Below, piece by piece: positions 25,317-28,390 of a stretch of 28,390 bases of DNA. The DNA is taken from positions 1-28,390 of the forward strand of contig JBQTJP010000030.1 of the NCBI GenBank assembly GCA_052386995.1, given 5' to 3'. The stretch is from Armatimonadota bacterium. GTDB taxonomy: Bacteria; Sysuimicrobiota; Sysuimicrobiia; Sysuimicrobiales; Humicultoraceae. A program made the position numbers and the translations under genes. The notes under the pieces were generated by a model, which saw only the letters and a list, made by a program, of their open reading frames with translations, had not been told where the DNA came from and searched no databases. The stretch's first letter is position 1. Every line of letters begins with the position of its first letter.

Positions 25317-26542
25317 CCACAGCCCCGACCCCGCCTTCGGCTCGACTCTCGGGAGCGGCAGGTGTGCTGCCGCTCCTGATCATCCTCTTCGGACTGGAAA
25401 TCGGCATTTCGTTCTTCGGGCCGCTGCTTCCTCAGGTGCGGGAAGAGTTCGATATCTCCGCGGGCCGCGTCGCGCTCGTGCTGGCCGTCTACAGCGGCGT
25501 CCGGCTCCTCTTCAACATTCCGCTCAGCCGATACATGGCGCGAGCCGCCCTACCGTCGATGCTGGCCGCCGGTGGAGGCGTCCTGGCACTGGGGGGCCTC
25601 ATTGTTGGGCTCGCGCCTTCCTTCGCGCTCGTGCTTGTCGGGCGCGCGATCATGGGGCTGGGAGCGGCGATATTCATTCTCGCCGTGCACTTCTGGCTGG
25701 CGCGGGTCGCCACGCCCGAGAACAAGGTGCAATTGTTCAGTTACCATCAGGTCGTCGGGATTGCCGGCACCACCGTGGGGCCGGCCCTGGGTGGACTGGT
25801 GGCCGGCTGGTTCTCGTGGCGCCACGCGCAGGCACTCGCGGTCATCGCCGGCGTTGCGACTCTGATTGCGGGGCGGCGGCTGCCCTATCCGGCGGCGCGC
25901 GCAGCGAGCGCAGCGGAGGCGTCCGCGGGTGCCGGTGTCCGGGTACCGTACCGAGAAGTCCTGGGGGCGGGGATGGCGATGCTGGCCTTCATCTTCTTTT
26001 ACGGCGCGGTGATCTCGACCCTCATCCCCTTGTTTGCGGCCGGCGCGCTGAATCTCGGACCCGCGGCGATCGGTGGGGTCCTGATGCTGGGGACGCTGCA
26101 GCGGTTCGGCGCGGCGCTGCTGGGCGGCCGGCTCGTCACCTTGTTTGGGACACGGCGCGTCGTCGTGGTCGGGCTGGTCGTGCTCGCGATGTCGGCCTTG
26201 GGCTTTCTGGCCGTGGATTCCTCGACCGGCCTGATCCTCGCGGTGTCGCTGGTCTCCTGGGCGAATCTCGGAGGCAGCTTCGTCATCGCGATGCTGACCG
26301 ATCGCATTCCCGAATCACACTGGGGAACCGCCCTGGGCGTCAATCGAATGATGGGTGACACGGGCGGTCTGATCGCGCCGCTCCTGACGGGCTTCGTCAT
26401 CGACCACTACGGCTTCGACGCGGCGTTCGTCGTATCGACCGGCGTCCTCCTGGCCGCCGCCGGGGCGGCCGCGGTGCTCACCGCCTCGCCGGCGCGCCGG
26501 GCGGAAGCGTTGGCAGAAGGGAAGAGTGCCGGTGATGCGTGA
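25313..26542 (+). CDS. MFS transporter
   Basis: About 12 TM helices, GRAIMGLG, GPALGG, GRLVTLFGTRR. The TTG start overlaps the upstream TGA (TTGA). Confidence 0.88.
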   Translation: MTTAPTPPSARLSGAAGVLPLLIILFGLEIGISFFGPLLPQVREEFDISAGRVALVLAVYSGVRLLFNIPLSRYMARAALPSMLAAGGGVLALGGLIVGLAPSFALVLVGRAIMGLGAAIFILAVHFWLARVATPENKVQLFSYHQVVGIAGTTVGPALGGLVAGWFSWRHAQALAVIAGVATLIAGRRLPYPAARAASAAEASAGAGVRVPYREVLGAGMAMLAFIFFYGAVISTLIPLFAAGALNLGPAAIGGVLMLGTLQRFGAALLGGRLVTLFGTRRVVVVGLVVLAMSALGFLAVDSSTGLILAVSLVSWANLGGSFVIAMLTDRIPESHWGTALGVNRMMGDTGGLIAPLLTGFVIDHYGFDAAFVVSTGVLLAAAGAAAVLTASPARRAEALAEGKSAGDA

Positions 26543-26550
26543 CGCTTGCC

Positions 26551-27186
26551 CTAGCGGGCAGAGATCAGCGGCAACAACCACTGCGATGCCGCGTCAACTT
26601 CTTGTGGTTCGAGTGCGTGCCCCGTGGAAGCCCAACGGAGTGTCACCAACGCACCGGCTCCCTGAAGCGTATCAATCAACTGTTGAGTCTGTTCTGGCGA
26701 CACATACGGATCGGTCCGGCTCGCCCCGATGAACACCGGCGTCGCCGAAAGATCGGGCGGCTGATCCGGCGCAAACGGCAACATCGGCCGGAACAAGATG
26801 GCGCGGCCCAATACTTCTGGCCGCAACAGCAGAACCGCTGCCGCGATGTTTGCACCGTTGGAGTAGCCAACAGCTACGGTGTCCCGGGTCGAGAAGCCGA
26901 ACTTGTTCCCCGCGGCCTCCACAAAATCGGCCAGTTCTTGCGCTCGGAACCGCAGGTCTTCGACATCGAACACTCCAACCGTGAGCCGCCTGAAAAACCT
27001 GGGCATGCCCTGCTCCAGCACGTTTCCCCTCGGGCTCAGCAGCGCGGCCCCGGGAGCCAGGCGCTCACCCAGAGGGATGAGGTCGTCCTCATTCCCGCCG
27101 GTACCATGCAGCAGGAGGAGCGTGGGTGCGCCGGCGCGCTGCGCCGGTACAAACCGGTGGATGAAGGTGCGAGCCCCCTCACTCAC
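26551..27186 (-). CDS. Alpha/beta hydrolase, MhqD/YodD-like carboxylesterase
   Basis: LLLHGTGGNE, LSPRG, RFFRR, nucleophile GYSNGAN, DP, GHAL. Confidence 0.9.
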   Translation of the reverse strand: MSEGARTFIHRFVPAQRAGAPTLLLLHGTGGNEDDLIPLGERLAPGAALLSPRGNVLEQGMPRFFRRLTVGVFDVEDLRFRAQELADFVEAAGNKFGFSTRDTVAVGYSNGANIAAAVLLLRPEVLGRAILFRPMLPFAPDQPPDLSATPVFIGASRTDPYVSPEQTQQLIDTLQGAGALVTLRWASTGHALEPQEVDAASQWLLPLISAR

Positions 27187-28162
27187 GGCGGGCCCCTTTG
27201 GCAGTTGAGACTGCTGCAGGCAGGCGCAACGGTGGGAGCTTCGCCTCGATGCGTGAGCGCTGCGGCTCGAGCCATGGTGGGAGAATCAGGCGGCTGCCGA
27301 GTTCCTCAGCCGCCTCATCGGCCGTGAAGCCCGGCCCGTCCGTCGCGATCTCGAAGAGCACGCCGCCGGGCTCGCGGAAATAGATCGATCGGAACCAGAA
27401 GCGGTCGATGATCGGGCTGAGGGTCGCGTTCACTTTGCCGATCCGCTCCCACCAGGCACGCTGCTCGGCGTCATCCGGTGTGCGCCAGGCGACATGATGC
27501 ACCGCGCCGACGGCCACACGACCGGGGCGCTCCCCCGGGCGGGGGAGCAGATCAAGCATCGCTCCTGAGTCGCCTTCCCCGGTTGCAAAGCGCAATCGCT
27601 CTCCAGCTTCATGGACAAGCCGAAAGCCGAGTACTTCCGTCAGAAAGCCGACCGTCGGCTCCACGCCGGCCTCTTGCACGGCCACGTTGTGAAAGCCCCT
27701 GATAGCCATCTCGACCGGGACCGGGCCGTCTTCCCAAGGCGCCCACAATGCCCGCTCATCTGTTCCCGGCCCGGCCACAAGCTCGAGCCGAAGCCCGTCA
27801 GGATCAGAGAAGGCGATGACGTCTTCCCCGGATGGTCCTTGCTCTTTGCGCGCCTCCCGGCCCGCCTGTGCCAGGCGCGCGGCCCAGAAGCCGAGCGCGC
27901 CCTGGGGGATGGCCAACCCGACCGTCACGGCCTGTCCGTTGCCCTGCCATCCGCGCGGCGCGTCTCTCCAGGGAAAGAAGGTGAGATCCGTTCCGGGATG
28001 CCCAAGCGCGTCGGCGTAGAACAGATGGTACGTGCCCGGGTCGTCCTGGTTGACGCTCCGCTTCACGAGCCGCAGCCCTAGCACACCTACGTAGAAGTCG
28101 GCGTTCCGCTGCGGGTCGCCAGCGATGGCGGTGACGTGATGAATGCCAGACAGTGGCGTCAT
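27179..28162 (-). CDS. Ring-cleaving dioxygenase, VOC family (MhqO/PcpA-like)
   Basis: GIHHVTAI, LVKRSVNQDDPGTYHLFY, GTDLTFFPW, GAVHHVAW, DRFWFRSIYFREPGGVLFEIATDGPGF. Confidence 0.93.
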   Translation of the reverse strand: MTPLSGIHHVTAIAGDPQRNADFYVGVLGLRLVKRSVNQDDPGTYHLFYADALGHPGTDLTFFPWRDAPRGWQGNGQAVTVGLAIPQGALGFWAARLAQAGREARKEQGPSGEDVIAFSDPDGLRLELVAGPGTDERALWAPWEDGPVPVEMAIRGFHNVAVQEAGVEPTVGFLTEVLGFRLVHEAGERLRFATGEGDSGAMLDLLPRPGERPGRVAVGAVHHVAWRTPDDAEQRAWWERIGKVNATLSPIIDRFWFRSIYFREPGGVLFEIATDGPGFTADEAAEELGSRLILPPWLEPQRSRIEAKLPPLRLPAAVSTAKGARRE

Positions 28163-28184
28163 CGGTTATCCACCCGAGGGGTTA

Positions 28185-28390
28185 TTACGGGACCCATTCG
28201 CTCCTGAGAATCGAATACATCTTCAGATCAACGTACTCACCCTTCACGAACATGTGGTGCCGCAGGATGCCTTCGAATTTCATACCGGCCTTCTCCATGA
28301 CGCGCGCGGAGCCGATGTTTGGGATGTCGCACCGGGCCTCGATGCGGTTCAGTCGCATTGCCCCGAAACCAAAGGCCATCACGGCCCGGA
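28185..28390 (-). CDS. GNAT acetyltransferase, RimJ/RimL type (C-terminal part only)
   Basis: FGF...LNRIEA...NIGSARVMEKAGMKFEGILR...YSIL; the frame runs off the window end. Confidence 0.85.
   Translation of the reverse strand, partial: RAVMAFGFGAMRLNRIEARCDIPNIGSARVMEKAGMKFEGILRHHMFVKGEYVDLKMYSILRSEWVP

Overview
High-GC bacterial chromosomal segment made up mostly of housekeeping and cell-envelope genes. No mobile element or CRISPR array was seen. In order: a 5'-truncated thioester-type alpha-2-macroglobulin translationally coupled to a VanW protein; a secreted hypothetical protein; an OmpR-type two-component pair; tRNA-Ser(GGA); signal peptidase I; a secreted G8/beta-helix protein of the TMEM2/CEMIP/fibrocystin type; an internally deleted CPBP (CAAX-protease-like) gene; a long-chain acyl-CoA ligase; a large Alu-containing SRP RNA; a SPOR protein; a LonC / secreted protein / ketopantoate reductase operon; a cold-shock-domain gene; a GYD protein; a CxxC protein; a GT-C glycosyltransferase; a sulfatase; a Pro-rich membrane protein; a MoaD/ThiS ubiquitin-like protein followed by a 7-Asp-box beta-propeller and an MFS transporter; an MhqD/MhqO-like esterase and dioxygenase pair; and a truncated GNAT. 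The best candidate for an uncharacterised system is the ubiquitin-like protein with a masked C-terminal GG plus the Cys/His-motif propeller. The A2M-VanW coupling and the bacterial TMEM2-like protein come next. All product calls come from motif recognition by eye, and no database searches were run.
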